Origin: Octopus vulgaris
Lineage: Eukaryota
DNA length: 64,000 bases
Assembly: GCA_951406725.2 (NCBI GenBank)
Contig: OX597819.1
Span: forward strand, 25,110,001 to 25,174,000
Direction: 5' to 3'
The stretch's first letter is position 1. Each line of letters opens with the position of its first letter. The translations under genes and the position numbers were made by a program. This document shows positions 1 to 14,825 of the stretch, in pieces. The notes beneath the pieces are model-generated. The model was not told the origin of the DNA and made no database searches. It saw only the letters and a program-made list of their open reading frames with translations.

Positions 1-822
1 TGTTAATTTATTTATCACATGGTACACACTCTTCTTATTGTAGTTTTACCTTCTTGAAGAGTTATATCAATGTTCATAAATTATCAAAGTTAAGTGTAAG
101 TATATTGATATTAATAGTGGGTGTTGGTGGTGGTAGTGTAAATAAATAAAGGAACAGTGTTATGAATAATCAGTGGGTAAGGGTGAAGTTAAATAGACAT
201 AGGTGTAGCAATATTAATGTTGAGAAAATAGTGTTAAAAATAAAGGTTTAGTGAATGGAGTTTGAAAGGTATAGATGGCATTTGAGAAAATGTTTTTTTT
301 TTTTTTTTTGCTAAAATCATAATTGATGCTTTACTAAAACATTTGCTAAAATTATAATAGATTGTTGAAACTCATTATTTTCCCCACTGAAATTCACTTG
401 ATATGACTGTCTGATGTTTTGCTCAACAGTTTTTGCTCTTCCTTTTCCTAAATATGCATCTCTCCATAACTTTCTCCATCTACATTTGGAACAGTTCAAA
501 CTGAATGTTTCACATAATCTCATTCACTTAGTCCCATTTTCAAATTTTAAAAAGCTTTATAATATTCTGTGCACTATGGCATCTCCATTGACTTATTAAT
601 GAAAACAACATTAATGTCAGCAACAAAAAGATCCTTTAGCTACTCAAAGATAGAATTAATGATATGAAGCAGAGAACTGAAAACAAAAGACCTAGTTGCA
701 GTTACAGAAAATGAGTTGAGTATAACTCATTGGTAGGCACCAAGGACTTGAGAGTCAGAATGTCAGCCCTCTGGAATTGTCTCTCAGCTTATGTCACACA
801 CACATTAATGGCATCATGCTAG

Positions 823-1210
823 TGGAGGCGCAATGGCCCAGTGGTTAGGGCAGCGGACTCGCAGTCATAGGATCGCGGTTTCGATCCCCAGACTGTGCGT
901 TGTGAGTGTTTATTGAGCGAAAACACCTAAAGCTCCACGAGGCTCTGGCAGGGATGGTGGTGATCCCTGCTGTACTCTTTCACCACAACTTTCTCTCACT
1001 CTTACTTCCTGTTTCTGTTGTACCTGTATTTCAAAGGGCCGGGCTTGTCACTCTCTGTGTCACGCTGAATATCCCCGAGAACTACGTTAAAGGTACACGT
1101 GTCTGTGGAGTGTTCAGCCACTTACACATTAATTTCATGAGCAGGCTGTTCCGTTGATCGGATCAACCGGAAACCTCGTCGTCGTAACCGACGGAGTGCT
1201 TCCATCCATT
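823..1210 (+). mobile_element. tRNA-derived SINE (family C), copy 1
   Basis: A box TGGCCCAGTGG and B-box-like GTTTCGATCCC; near-identical second copy at 9124-9510. Confidence 0.85.
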
Positions 1211-2926
1211 AGACTTTAACACTAAAGTGAATGCTAGCTTACTTGACGTTATCAGACAAAAAATGTGCTTGTATACACTTTGCTATTAAGTTATCATGCA
1301 GTTGGCATCTCTGAGCATTTTTCTGTTGTCACTGGCATAATACTCTTATAGTGAAATTTCTTAGTAAAAACATTAAATATGCTAAATAGAAATAAATAAG
1401 AGGTGAAAAACATGAAAATATATTTGGTTAATGATTAATATTATTTATAATTTTAGGGTAAGTATGGGAGTTAACTCTGGGCAAGCTTTTGTTGTATTCT
1501 GATCTCTTCGGCAAAGCACATCTCACATTGTACTTGCTGAAGCAGGAATTAAAGTGCTGAATATATACATTGTAATGTTGCTGACAGTAACAGGTCATTA
1601 TGTTGATGATGATGATGTTGATGTTGATAGTTGCATTTAATACTGGGCGAATTATTTAAGGGATAGTACATGTGGATAGGATAAATTGTGATATGGATAA
1701 AATTAAAGATTTGGAGTGTATGCATTAATTGTTTATTTAAACTATGTTGGTGTGAAGGGGACACGCACACACACAAAAATGTGTGTGTGTGTGTGCATTT
1801 GTAGACTTGTATAGAGACACACCTGGGTAAATATTATATGCATCAGCTCATTAAACTGTTTTCCTTTTATGTCCGTGTGCTTAAGAACACTTTGATCTGA
1901 TTAAGTATGCTTTGATCTCTTTCTCTCCTCTCTTCCTCTCTTTTCCTTTTTGCAGTCCTTTCTCCTTTGAGTGTATGTGAATGTTTTCTAACCATTTTCC
2001 TATGGTAGCATGTTTGGTAGCTGTAAACCCTCTATTTAAATGTTAGAAAAGCAGAAAGTGGAAAAGAAGTAATATTAGTTTATTTTGTAAGGTTAGGAAG
2101 GGCATCCAGCCATAACTCTGCCAAAACAGATAGTGAAACCTGGTGCATTCTTCTGCCTGGCTAGCCCCTGTCAACTTATCTAACCCCTGCCAGCATGGAA
2201 AACGGATGTTAAATGATAGTGATAATATATAAAACAATCATTACTGCAAAATTTCCATGGAGAAATGGGCTTAAAATGGACAAATGATAGTTCTATAATT
2301 AAGAACGATCTGTCCAGATAGTGTCAGATCTGGCAAGGTTACTGTCCGTGCCAAAAATGAGGGAGCCAAAAGCAAAAGTTGACTGCCAGTGTTGAGTGTA
2401 CAATAACTCTTACGTTATCAACAACAACCACCTCTTATGAAAACGGAAGAGAATGTCAAAGAAGAACAAGTGTTGAATTCCTCCTGTTGTCAACTTTGTC
2501 CTTTTTTTATTTCTAAGGTTGATAAAAATAAATAAATGCCAGAAAAATGTTGTAATTGGATGATAGTGATACAATGCTGTGATTTTATTCATTGTTATTT
2601 TTTTTTTTTTTACACTAGATCTCCAGTTCGAGGACAACTGAACCGAGTGTATGGTTCTGAAGTGAGCTTTTGAGTTCGCAGCATTATAAACATAACCATA
2701 TTTTGTTTTACTGTAAAAGTATTTTCAAGTTCTTCCCAAAGATACTTAGTAGCTAACTGACTTCAGAACAACTATTTTGATTATTATGTCATTTTAGTTA
2801 TTTATTTGTTGTTGTTGTTTAATATTATTTACCTATGCTTCTTTATGATATAAACATCTTTATGATGTTTGCTTTTTCTCATCAAAAGTTTAAAAACAAT
2901 CTCATGCACTTTATTTGATATATCAA

Positions 2927-2975
<49 letters not shown>

Positions 2976-3124
2976 TGAGGTGGAGTGCACTTATTATAAG
3001 AAACAGATATTGGTTATCTTCACATCCATTTAATTATCAGTTCCTTTTGCAATAATAAATGTAGTTTATTGAATAAACCTTAAACAAAAAAACAAATGCT
3101 TTAGCACTGTGCTTGTGTGTGTGC

Positions 3125-3177
<53 letters not shown>

Positions 3178-3427
3178 GGACAGTCTGGAGGGAAATGGAG
3201 GCAGTCTGCATAAAATATTAAAAAGTTGGTGAGTTTGGATAAATTTGTGTCATAGGAAGAAGTGGAATTCTGGCATGTCTGGCTTGAACCCTTTGTCTGA
3301 ACTTTAATCTATATACATCAATCAAATATACACATGCATATAATATGTATGTTTATGTAAGTGTGTGTGTGTGTGTGTGTGTATGAATAAGATAGCTATA
3401 TAAATAGTCTGATGATATATATTATAT

Positions 3428-3458
<31 letters not shown>

Positions 3459-3670
3459 CATATGTTTGAAAAAGAGAAGCATGTGCACACATACACACAT
3501 TCTCTCTGTCTCTCTATTGGAACTGAAACAAGATTAGATATGCATCAATGTTGAATAATGTGTCTTGTTTCCTTTCTTCAATCCATGTATGTTGTACAAA
3601 CAATATACAAAGTGGCTAAATGTCTGGACATCAGCTGCTTTCTTGGGTCTTATATAGCATTTTTCTTATT

Positions 3671-4091
3671 TTACTCTTTACTCTTTTATTCTTTTACTTG
3701 TTTCAGTCATTTGACTGCAGCCATGCTGGAGCACTGCCTTTTAATCGAGCAACTCGACCCCGGGACTTATTCTTTTTGTAAGCCCAGTACTTATTCTATC
3801 GGTCTCTTTTTGCCGAACCGCTAAGTGACGGGGACGTAAACACACCAGCATTGGTTGTCAAGCAATGCTAGGGGAACAAACACAGACACACAAAGACACA
3901 CACACACGCATATATATATACATATATATGACAAGCTTCTTTCAGTTTCCGTCTACCAAATCCACTCACAAGGCATTGGTCAGCCCGGGGCTATAGCAGA
4001 AGACACTTGCCCAAGATGCCACGCGGTGGGACTGAACCCGGAATCATGTGGTTGGTTAGCAAGCTACTTGCCACACAGCCACTCCTGCGCC
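3671..4091 (-). mobile_element. tRNA-derived SINE family A (about 410 bp, internal TA/TG microsatellite, (GTAAAAGA)n tail)
   Basis: Head GGCGCAGGAGTGGCTGTGTGG...GGTTCAGTCCC; many copies in the window. Confidence 0.88.
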
Positions 4092-4628
4092 TATTTCTTT
4101 TCAATTTTACTATTGTTATGCAATCTAAGATATAACTAAGCCCAACTTTTTAAACTCGAGTGTCACACAGAAAATATCTAGAGATAGAGAAATAAGAAAA
4201 ATATGACATAGAAACGATGATGATATTGATGATGATGATAATGATGATGATGATAAATCAGTGATAATAAGGAGAAAGCAAAAAGTAAAAATAATAAGTT
4301 AATAAATAAAGGAATGCTGCAGTGATGCATGTGTTCATGCAAGCATGTGTTGTTATGTGACAGTGAGAGAAAAGAGATAGCGATAAAGACTGTAGCTTCC
4401 ATTAAAAGCTTAGTCCAGAGTATTGATGCTGATGTGAGACTCTGGCATTTTTGCTTACAAAACTTTTCCAAATTCTCTATTGAAGGAATTCTTATATTCT
4501 TCTTTTTCTGTCGTTTGTTTCCGTTCCGTTCCGTACAAAGTTCTTGTAGTATTTTGCCATTGTTTAACCATATTCTATATATCAATCAATCTGTGAAACT
4601 AGTATCTCTTTTGACACAGCAGAGTAGA

Positions 4629-4671
<43 letters not shown>

Positions 4672-5149
4672 CTTAACCTTCCCCCAACAATTACAGCAGC
4701 ATCTAACGTTCATTTGGTGCTTTCTGTTGCCCTGCTTTTGCACACGTATTGACTGCAATCTTTGTCATTTCTGACAGAATTCAATCCAGTCATGGATGGC
4801 AAGCAATACACTGTATAAGTGCTTACAGTGAACATTCTTGACAACCACTTTAGCCCCACTAGATTGCTGTGTGTGTGTGTGTGTGTGTGTTAGCCAGTGG
4901 ACTAACATTTTATCATAATGCTACTAACATGTTTCACAATGGCAGGAAGAGTCAAGAACAGGAAATAAAAGATAAAAGATTTTCTTTCAGTTTCTCATTT
5001 CCTTTCTTTTGCTTTCTCTTTCATTTTCCATCTCTAGATTTTACTCCTTCACTTGCCATTTCTTTCTCCGTTTCTATATTTTCCTTTCCTTTTTCAGTTC
5101 TTTGTTATCTCTCTCCCTCCTTCTTCTCTCTCTCATTCACTTTCTGTTT

Positions 5150-5251
5150 GTCTCTGTCTCTCTGCTGTCTGTCTCTCTGCTGTCTGTCTCTGTCTCTCTG
5201 TTTGTTTCTCTGTCTGTTTGTCTCTCTCCCTCTCTCTCTCTCATTCACTCA

Positions 5252-5285
<34 letters not shown>

Positions 5286-5317
5286 CTCTCTCTCTCTCTC
5301 TCCCCCACACACACACA

Positions 5318-5410
<93 letters not shown>

Positions 5411-5485
5411 TTTCTCTCTCTCTCTCTCACACACACATTCTCTCTCTCTCTCTCTCACACACACTTTCTCTCTCTCTCACACACA

Positions 5486-5554
<69 letters not shown>

Positions 5555-5566
5555 ACACACACACAC
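5150..5566. repeat. Compound (TC)n/(CA)n microsatellite
   Basis: Direct reading. Confidence 0.95.
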
Positions 5567-6269
5567 TGTTGTTTAACCCCATTTCAGTCCTGATTGACTG
5601 AATTTATTATGAATGATGATTTATTATGAATGATGATTCTACAATGGTCATCTCATCTTTTTTAATATTTTTTCAGCTATAGATAATGATGACATTATCC
5701 TGTCTTATGCTTTTTATTTCCCTAAAATGAGAGGATAGGATTTAAAGGAAATTTAGCTATAATTCTAGCTGGCCAAATGGTTACTTAATGGGTTTCCTTC
5801 TCTGCCTCATTTAGGGAGCAAGATGTGTCTTCTACAGAAGGGAAGATTTTGGTGAACCAACTCTAGCATGTGGCTTTCCTACCAAGCTTTAACAGCTTCA
5901 TTTATACCACTTTAAACATTTGCAAAACATTTAAACATTTTGGAAAAAGAAAAAAAAAAAAAGGAAAAGAAATGCACAAAAAATATCTATGTCCCTATTT
6001 TCTATTTCTTACTACAGACATGTCTCTGTTAGATGCATTTATCAAGGCAGAGAAACTGAGTGCAAGAAAATGGTATACCATATTAGATATGCTGTGTATC
6101 TATACTGGTGTCTCTTGTGTTTCTGTAATCAAACCTCACTACTCTTAACTTCCCTATTCATCTCTCTGGGAGTTGATAACTATTAATAATTTACTGTGGT
6201 GAATTTAATCAACTGTGAACATCTCACAGCATTTTCTGGGAGACCAAAATTTTAAGAGTTGTGGCAACA

Positions 6270-6567
6270 TCTTTATATATAAAAGTGAAGTTGTGTGTCT
6301 GTCTCCTACGATTTAGATTCCTAACTACTCCCACATTTTGCGGTGCAGTTTAACCAAAACCGGGTATCTTATAGTCGTGATTCATATCGAGCCCTTCTGG
6401 GTATTAGCGCACGTCTACGATGAGTCAACAATTTAAAAAAAAATTTACCATAATTTTTTTTCCATTTTTAATGCATTTTTTTTGCTATGTTTTGGCTATA
6501 ACTCTCTAAAAATGCTTATATAGTTATTTCCCTTACAAACCCGAGCAACGCCAGGCGATACTGCTAG
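6270..6567 (+). mobile_element. Non-autonomous Helitron
   Basis: A|TC 5' end, CTAG|T 3' end, subterminal hairpin CCCGAGCAACGCC(A/G)GG, no target-site duplication (TSD). Confidence 0.88.
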
Positions 6568-7803
6568 TATTATATAAAGGTGACTGCGTATTTTACAGTA
6601 CCCAAAACTTGGTGCTGTGTAAATCTCCACTTTATGTGTATATCTTCGCTACATGGTTTATGTTGTCTTTCATCCTTTAAAAATAAATAACAATAAATGC
6701 AAGCTGCAGGCAAAGTAATTGAAATAGTTAGTAAGCAAGACATGAATGAGTCAAAAACATCGTTTCCATGGTAGTAGATTTAATGCATTGCCCACTTTAT
6801 GACTAACACCTGGCACCCTGGGAGCTTTCAGCAGATTCTGCTCTCTTGCACAAATTTAGACCAGGTTTCTAGTTTCAGAATTGAGAATACCGCCCACCCT
6901 CCTTCATACTTGTGAAGGGTCATTGCTACTATGTACCTTCTCGAGTCCTAAGTATTCATTTATTTATGTATTTGTATGTACATAAGAGTTGTTGTTATTT
7001 AGCCCTAGGACAACCATGCTCAAGCCAACATATGAGAAAAGTAAGGTTGTGACACAGTCTCATCTTACTTACCCCCTAAATGATTTTTACATTTATTTGT
7101 TTATGTTAAAGTTCTGTTGTTTACAAAAGACTAAAGTCTATAGCTTGTTTGGGCCCCATATATTTATGGTTTCTTATACAGTATGTGACATAAGATCACA
7201 CTGGAATTTTAGTAACTGGATTTAGAGGTATGTTTTTGTTTTATATATTTATTTTTCAATTAACCTGTTTTTAAAATTCCATAGATTTGTTGATAAAATA
7301 TTTATATACATGGATAAGCATGAACATGCAGACACACATGTAGACACATACATATAGATAGACTCATCTGTGTAAGCACATAAGTGTCATACAAATAGCA
7401 TCCAGATACCAAAAGTAGAGTAAAGTACAGAATTGTATTGAAGGTAAAAATTTTCTCAAACTGTTATCTTGATGAACAGTTACATGAAACTCAGAGTAAC
7501 AGTTTGTGAAATATTTTTGCTTGTGGTGTTTTATGTCAGTTCTAAGTAATACAAATAACTCAAACAATCCAGTGAATCTTATATCATGAGGTATAAGAGA
7601 AGTGTAACGTTTTGGATAGAATCTTTCTGTCAGACAGGAGAGAAATGTCAACAGGAATTAGTGAGAGAGAGAGAGAAAAAGGAGTAGTAACAATTGTTAG
7701 TAAAGAAGGGGGAAATGGTTTCAGTTGAATTACAGTATAAAGCTACATAAGTGACTTAAGGACTGTTAGTTTCATGCATAGCAATTATCAAAAAATTAAT
7801 AGC

Positions 7804-8180
7804 ATCATCATCATCATTGTTCGACCGTGGTCGAGACAATGGAATTTACCATGCTACGCCAGACTTCACGGTCCATCATGGCATTACGGAGGTCCTGTTG
7901 CTGGATGCCTGTATCCCTGGAGATTACATCAGGGTAGGAAAGTGTGCGCCCTCTGGTATTGCGAGTAGATGGCTTCCAGAGGAGAAGAGTAGAAATTACC
8001 TCTTTTTCAGCTCTACAACAATGTCCAGCAAACTGGACTCTCTTACCTTTCACAAGAGATGACACAAGTGGTAGTTTCCAATATATTTGCATTTTGGTTG
8101 GATGGCGCTTCCACAAGAGATTTTGAGCTCTCATAAGGAGGCGAGTGTAGGTTCCATCCAACCGCCTCTCAAGCTTCTTT
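7804..8180 (-). mobile_element. 3' fragment of RTE/RTE-X-like LINE
   Basis: ORF LDGTYTRLL...FAGHCCRA...LLLW...AMMDREVWR, followed by a (TGA)n tail. Confidence 0.85.
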
Positions 8181-8430
8181 ACTTCTGTTACTTCACACAC
8201 AGGCATGCACACACACACACACACATGCACACCCGCATGCATGCACACATGCATACACAGTGCAAGTATGGCTGTGTGGTTATGAAATTTGCTTCACCAC
8301 AACGTATTTCAGGTTCAATCTCATTGCCTGATGCATTAGGCAAAGCATTTTGCATACCTTGTACTACAGTTTGGGGCTGACCAATTTCTTATGAGTAAAA
8401 TTGACAGATGGAAACTGAGAAGCCTGTTAC

Positions 8431-8470
<40 letters not shown>

Positions 8471-9123
8471 CTGTAGTGTAAAATATGGATCCAGAGTCAT
8501 GTGGCTATGACAGTACACTCCTCACCCAGATTCAGCCATCAATCTATGTTGTAACCAATGTGATATTTTCCATGCTGAAATTGATTATTCATAAAGAAGG
8601 TTACAAAACAGCTGTAATCATATAGAAGTCTATGGATAAAGAAATCTATCTTCACTTCTCACACCTCCTGACATTATATATATCATATATATATATATAT
8701 ATATTCTATACCAGTGATATGTAAAAGCACCCATGCCAGTGATACATAAAAGGCACCTACTACACTCTGAGTGGCTGGCATTAGGAAGGGCATCCAGCTG
8801 TAGAAACCAATTCAAATTCAGACTGGGATCTCTTGCAGCTCTCCAGTTTACCAGTTCCAGTCAAACCATCTAACCCATGCCAGCATGGAATGTGGACATT
8901 AAATGATGATGATAATGATTGTGTGTGTGTGTGTGTGTATGTGTGTGTGCATGTGAGAAAAACATTTCACTTAATCAGAGTGTTAACTTAGTGCTGAAAT
9001 CTGATGAAGATGGGTAAGCGAGACAACTCTAAAGTCTCTAGCAAGATAAAATATTGAAGTGAGAAAAAAGTGAGAAAAACATAGTATGTATGTATAGATG
9101 TATGTGTGAATGTATATACCTGT

Positions 9124-9510
9124 GTGGAGACACAATGGCCCAGTGGTAGGGCAGCGGACTCGCGGTCGTAGGATCGCGGTTTCGATTCCCAGACCGGGCG
9201 TTGTGAGTGTTTATTGAGCGAAAACACCTAAAGCTCCACGAGGCTCTGGAAGGGATGGTGGTGATCCCTGCTGTACTCTTTCACCACAACTTTCTCTCAC
9301 TCTTACTTCCTGTTTCTGTTGTACCTATATTTCAAAGGGCCAGCCTTGTCACTCTCTGTGTCATGCTGAATATCCCCGAGAACTACGTTAAGGGTGCACG
9401 TGTCTGTGGAGTGCTCAGCCACTTACACGTTAATTTCATGAGCAGGCTGTTCCATTGATCGGATCAACTGGAACCCTCGTCGTCATAACCGACGGAGTGC
9501 TTCCATCCAT
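9124..9510 (+). mobile_element. tRNA-derived SINE (family C), copy 2
   Basis: Matches 823-1210 end to end; both end cttccatccat. Confidence 0.85.
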
Positions 9511-10742
9511 ATACCTGTATATTTCACATTCATATACATACACCATATTATACATCATATACATCATATACCTGAGTATGAAGTTGTACACATCTGTGTT
9601 TGTACGTGTATAGAATAGTATAAATAGAATAGTGTAAATGTTTTGTTGATCATATGACTGGCTAGTATTTTTCAGTAATCATAAATATTGTAAAATGGAA
9701 GGAAACAGATCAACAAAAGATACCTGAAAAGATGTCACTGATTTTTAACCTCTCTGTATGTTGCCATAACTGATAAAGGACCTCATACAACAAAACATCG
9801 CTGTTCTACAAACAAAGTTCTAAGTTGTTCTTGATATGCACAGATAACAATCAGCCTGACTGTCGCACGTACACACACACACACACGTGTGTGCATGTCA
9901 ACACACACACACACAATGTGTAAAGAAAAATGAATGTGAAAGTGTTTCTTGCTCAGAATGAAACCACTCATCTCTTTGAGTCTTTTTACCACCAGCATTC
10001 ATCCCAATACATATGAACGGGTTGGCAATAGGTGGGCTGGCTATAGCCCACAAATGGGCATCAGATCTTTCTTAAGACTTTTTCTATTTCACTGTCTTTG
10101 CAGGGCTTTGCACAGTAGATGTTTTTAAGATAACTTTTTCTGTCATGATTTTTTAAATTTTTGCTTATAGAAGCAATTCCAGCCACAGAAAATGAGGAGA
10201 TAGACTAAGATATTTTCATATGTATGAAATGAGATAATATTTATGGGGCTTATGAGCAATTATAAAATGAGTGAAATAGGGCTTTTACAAAAAAGAAGTG
10301 TTACTGATCCCTGCTTATAGAATTATACAGATCTCTGAACATGTAGGATTATACAAATGCGATTCATTCCACAGCTAACCTATACATGTTTTACTTTGGT
10401 ACGATGAATGTTTTTACTATTCCAGTGTTTTACAGAGAATATGCTTGTACATACATACAGACATACACATATTTAGTTACATATCTATCATGTCTGAGAC
10501 AAAATATAGTGATGTCTACCTAATATTTTTCTTGATCAGTGTAATATATGTCATATCTGAAACGTAATATGGTGATGCTCATCTGATATTTTCTCTGGTT
10601 ACTACAGTATAAGTGGCCTGCCCTTTGGGATGGAAATGTGCAAGAGAATGGAGCACATTTTATATAAAATTATTGTATTTACTTATATTCATCTCAGTTT
10701 CCAGTTATGATTGCAGGCATGGCTATCTGATTTTAAGTTTAA

Positions 10743-10961
10743 CCCCTTAGTATTTAAACCGGCCATATCTGGCCAAAATAGTTAATCTGTTTTATGTTCA
10801 AACTGACCAGATCCAGGCTCTCACACCTACCCTACAATGTTATTCTACATTAGGTAATTACACCATCAAGATCTTGAAGATATGAGATAATGCATGATTA
10901 ATTCAAATCAATGGGAATCAATAAGCATTATGTTTGATAGGATAATCTGAACACTAAAGGG
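10743..10961. mobile_element. piggyBac-like MITE
   Basis: TTAA|CCCCTTAGT...ACTAAAGGG|TTAA; CCC/GGG termini and TTAA TSD. Confidence 0.75.
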
Positions 10962-12099
10962 TTAATCTCTTGGAAAAGTGTGCTATCTTAGCCTTGGGTT
11001 GACTACACCCTTGTCTTTTACTTAATTAATTGTCTTCTTTTACTTAATTAATTGTCTAACTTAAGAACTGCTACTCCGTCCTTAGGTATGTTTAGTGGAA
11101 TCCACCCTGTACCCAACTTTTGGGTCAGGTCTCTAGTTTTAGTGAGAGAATAACTTTCTCTTCTCTTCTCATTAAATCAAATAAACAATTAAAAATGAAA
11201 AAAATCAAATTTCTTGAAACTTAGCAATGGATTTCAAGAGCTGTTTAAAGAAATAGTATTGATCACACTAACCTTCCCTCCTTACACAATTTGGATTTGA
11301 GCCTGTTTAAATGAATTATGCATTGTCTATTTGTTCGTGTAAGCATTTCAACAGTTATTTCATTATTTAATACACATACATGCCATGTACTTACATGCAT
11401 ACATACCATTTAATCTGTTTGTATACACACTCACACATGCATACATGTGAGTGTTTATACAAGTGTTTTTTTTTTGGTAATATTTATAGAATATTTCATA
11501 AAAATGTAAATTAAAATGTAATTTCTCCTGTCAGAGGTTTCTGTTTATTAGTTTATTTCTTAAAATTTACATCCATTTTATCATCATTAGTATTTTTTGG
11601 CAATGCTTAGATAGTTTAGACTACGGGCTTTAGTTGGCATTATTGCTAATGGATACATATATTTGGCAACATGTACTCTCTGTGTGTGTGTGTGTGTGTG
11701 TGTGCTGTATTGTAAGGGAAAGAAGCAAAAGGCTCAAAGTTAGTTCAATACTTTTCACTTTTCGACACAACTGTATATTTTCTTTGTGTTTATTGACATT
11801 TTCCTCTAAAAATATAATCTATATATGTGTATATATGTATGTCGTTATTCAGTTTATTTCTAGATTTCTTGCCAATAGAGAAAGAAACGGTTTCTAACCT
11901 AGATCCAAGGTTCCTTCAATGGAATTTCAACATCAACAACAGGGTATTTTTCTGTGTGTGTGTGTGTGTGCATGCATTGATGCAGATTTGTATTATTTAT
12001 GTATGTATTCTCATGCAAGTAGTTACATATCTAGACTTACTCATATATATTTAAATGATAAAACTTCTGGAAAGTTTTACATATTTTTACAGTTCCAGT

Positions 12100-12722
12100 G
12101 ATGGATTGGATTTGTAGCCTTCGAATTAGCTTTCTCCTTTCTGGTTTTGAGAAGCCTAATTTCTCAAGATTGGAATTTAGGCAGTGTGTTACATATCCCA
12201 GGGTCCCATTAATTACAGGTATAAACCTGAACTTGTAATCTGGATAGAGTAACTGCAGATTTCTTAATAGTTCAGCATAGGTGTTCTCTTTTTCACTGTT
12301 CTACAGCTTTATGTTAACATCGTCTGGACAGCTAATTTCCACAACTGTGCACAGTTTCTCTTCCCTATCCCAAATCATTATATCAGGTCTGTTGTGCTTA
12401 CATTTTACTGAGGTCTTCACAGGTACATTCCACCAGCATTCCTTTTCATTGTGAGTGGCTGTGGCTTCTACCATATCGTAAGTTTTTATTTCTTTGTCCT
12501 TGTGATTATCCTTCCGATGGATTTCATTATAGAGTATCCTAGCTACAACATCATGTCTCATCGGTAGATAATACTGTGACGACATTTCCAGACAACTGCT
12601 TATGATGTGGATGATATCTTCGGTGTGAACTCCACAAAGTCTGCATCGGTTCTCTCATTTTATAGCTTTTCCCACATCTCTATCCCTTTTGTGTACCAGG
12701 TATTTGGTTGGTATTTCCTGTT
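12100..12722 (-). mobile_element. Fragment of a non-LTR retrotransposon with a restriction-like endonuclease (RLE; R4/Dong/NeSL type)
   Basis: CRLCGVHTEDIIHIISSC zinc knuckle, RHDVVA, NRPDIMIWD...VVEISCP; in-frame stops. Confidence 0.85.
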
Positions 12723-14379
12723 TGAAGTAATTAATAAAAAAATTCTTGGCTTACTACATTAAATATATCAATAGCCACTTTGCTTTTAAGTTTCCATGCA
12801 GCAGAGGTCTCTGAGTACTTTGTTTTATATTCATCAGCCCAATGTCTTTGTCTATATAACATCTATGAAAGTATTAAGTCATCAGTATTTCAGGTGAGCA
12901 ATCAGCCGTAAAATGCATTAAGATTATGATTGGCGGAATTAATAACTGCTAAAATGCACCTATTACCTATAGCATTTCCCATTCTTTCTAGACACCTGTG
13001 ACCTTCATTACATTGTTAGTTGAATAGTGTATGGATTATAAGATAAATATCCAGTGTTAATCTTTAATCTATTTCTCTTAATTTCTTTTGAATTTTATGT
13101 ATTTTACATACACAAGGTCATCATTTGTTCTTAAGTTGTTGTTTTTTTTAACCCTGGGTCGAACCCCCATTAAGCATACCTACGAAAAGAAAGCATTGTT
13201 TTTATAATGGACTCATTTTTTTTTTCTAGCAATAGCATACTCCAGATTATATTACCCCATGTATCCTACCTTTTTTAAGATCTGCAGGGTGAATATTTAG
13301 AATGTTTTTGGTTGCTGTTTCTGGAAAGTTGAGTAACTATGTAGAAGTATCCTTGTTGACTGTAACTTCTGTTGTTTTTCTTAGTAGATAACCTTGGACT
13401 AATTTAATGAAACAGTTTGTGATATTTAAAAATATCTAGAGGAACACTTGTTGATTGTCTTGTCAGTTCGATATCCCCATATAAGATCTAGTGATTAATC
13501 CCATCATAATGATACTTGAATAATTTATATTAATATATCAATTTTCTATGGCCAGTGAAGCAATCAAACCATTTAATGATTGGACTTCAAAAGAATTAAA
13601 AAGAAAAAGAAAAAGAAACATAAATTAATTCTGCTATTTATGAGGTAAAACCAGCTGTCTGCATTACTGCACAGAATTAACAAATGAAAACGTTATAAAG
13701 ATTTAATTTTTATCCCAGTGTTCAACTAATAAATATTAGATTTAACTGAATTTCTGCATCCCCACCATCACTATCTCTCCGGCTTTATCCCATTTATTTC
13801 CTTCCTTCCTTCTGTCTGTCTGTCTATCCATCTGTCTATCTATAATGTGGGGTAGCCCTGAATCTCCTCTACATTAACAAACCTATTCTTGCCCCTCTTA
13901 TAGTACTTTTACCTTTCAACACCTTATTTAAAACCAATTTCATTCTCAGCTATGGAAGGATGAAAGGCAAAGTTGACTTCAGTGAGGTTTGAACACAGAT
14001 CATAAAGAGCCAGAGAAAAAAACCATAAAATATTTTCTCAGATACTATGATGATTTAGGCAGTTCACTGCCCTGATAATAAAAATAATTGTTTCAATTTC
14101 AGAAGTTTTGAAAGGAAGGTAGTAATCAATTACAGCAGCCTTGGTATGTGACTGGTACTTTATCAGCCTCGATAGAATGAAAAGCAAAGTTGGCCTCAGT
14201 AATTTTCAAACTCAGAAAGTAAAGAGCTGGAGAAAAATACCTCAAAATTTTAATGTTTCTAGTATTATTTGTAAGAGGGTCACAAAGCCTGAAATTTAGA
14301 GGAAGGTGATTAGTTGATTATATTGAGCTGATGGTGCTCTATTTCATCAGTCCCTAGAAGGATAAAAGGCAGAGTGGGA

Positions 14380-14825
14380 TCATCATCATCATCGTTTAAT
14401 GTTTGCTTTCCATGCTAGCATGGGTTGGACGATTTGACTGAGGGCCGGTGAACCGGATGGCTGCACCAGGCTCCAATCTTGATCTGGCAGAGTTTCTACC
14501 GCTGGATGCCCTTCCTAATGCCAACCACTCTGAGAGCCTAGTGGGTGCTTTTACATGCCACCGGCATGGGGGCCAATCAGGCGGTACTGGCAATGACCTT
14601 GCTTGAATATTTTTTACACGTGCCACCGGCACAAGTACCAGTAAGGCGACGCTGGTAATGTGGTAATGATCATGCTCAAATGGTGCTTTTTACATGCCAC
14701 CGGTACGGAAGCCAGTCAGCCGCTCTGGCCATGATCACGCTTGGCTGGTGCTCTGGTAATGATCACACTCGAATGGTGCCTTTTATGTGCCACCGGCACG
14801 GAAGCCAGTTGGCCACTCTGTCGAT
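14380..14825 (-). mobile_element. SINE family B with internal ~60 bp tandem subrepeats
   Basis: (CAT)n tail on + strand; repeated tgccaccggcac..gctcgaatggtg units. Confidence 0.72.

Noticed and set aside
823-900. tRNA gene (also at 9124 and the family A heads)
   Set aside because: The tRNA-like head continues into a multi-copy SINE body and has no intact acceptor stem or terminator.
906-1157. Repeated 83-aa ORF (also 9207-9458) and repeated ORFs such as [12 protein letters not shown]
   Set aside because: They recur because they lie inside SINE copies; there is no evidence of coding function.
4869-5601. Longest ORFs in the track (182-235 aa), and similar poly-L/I/HT/CV ORFs elsewhere
   Set aside because: They are translations of microsatellites with no protein-like composition.
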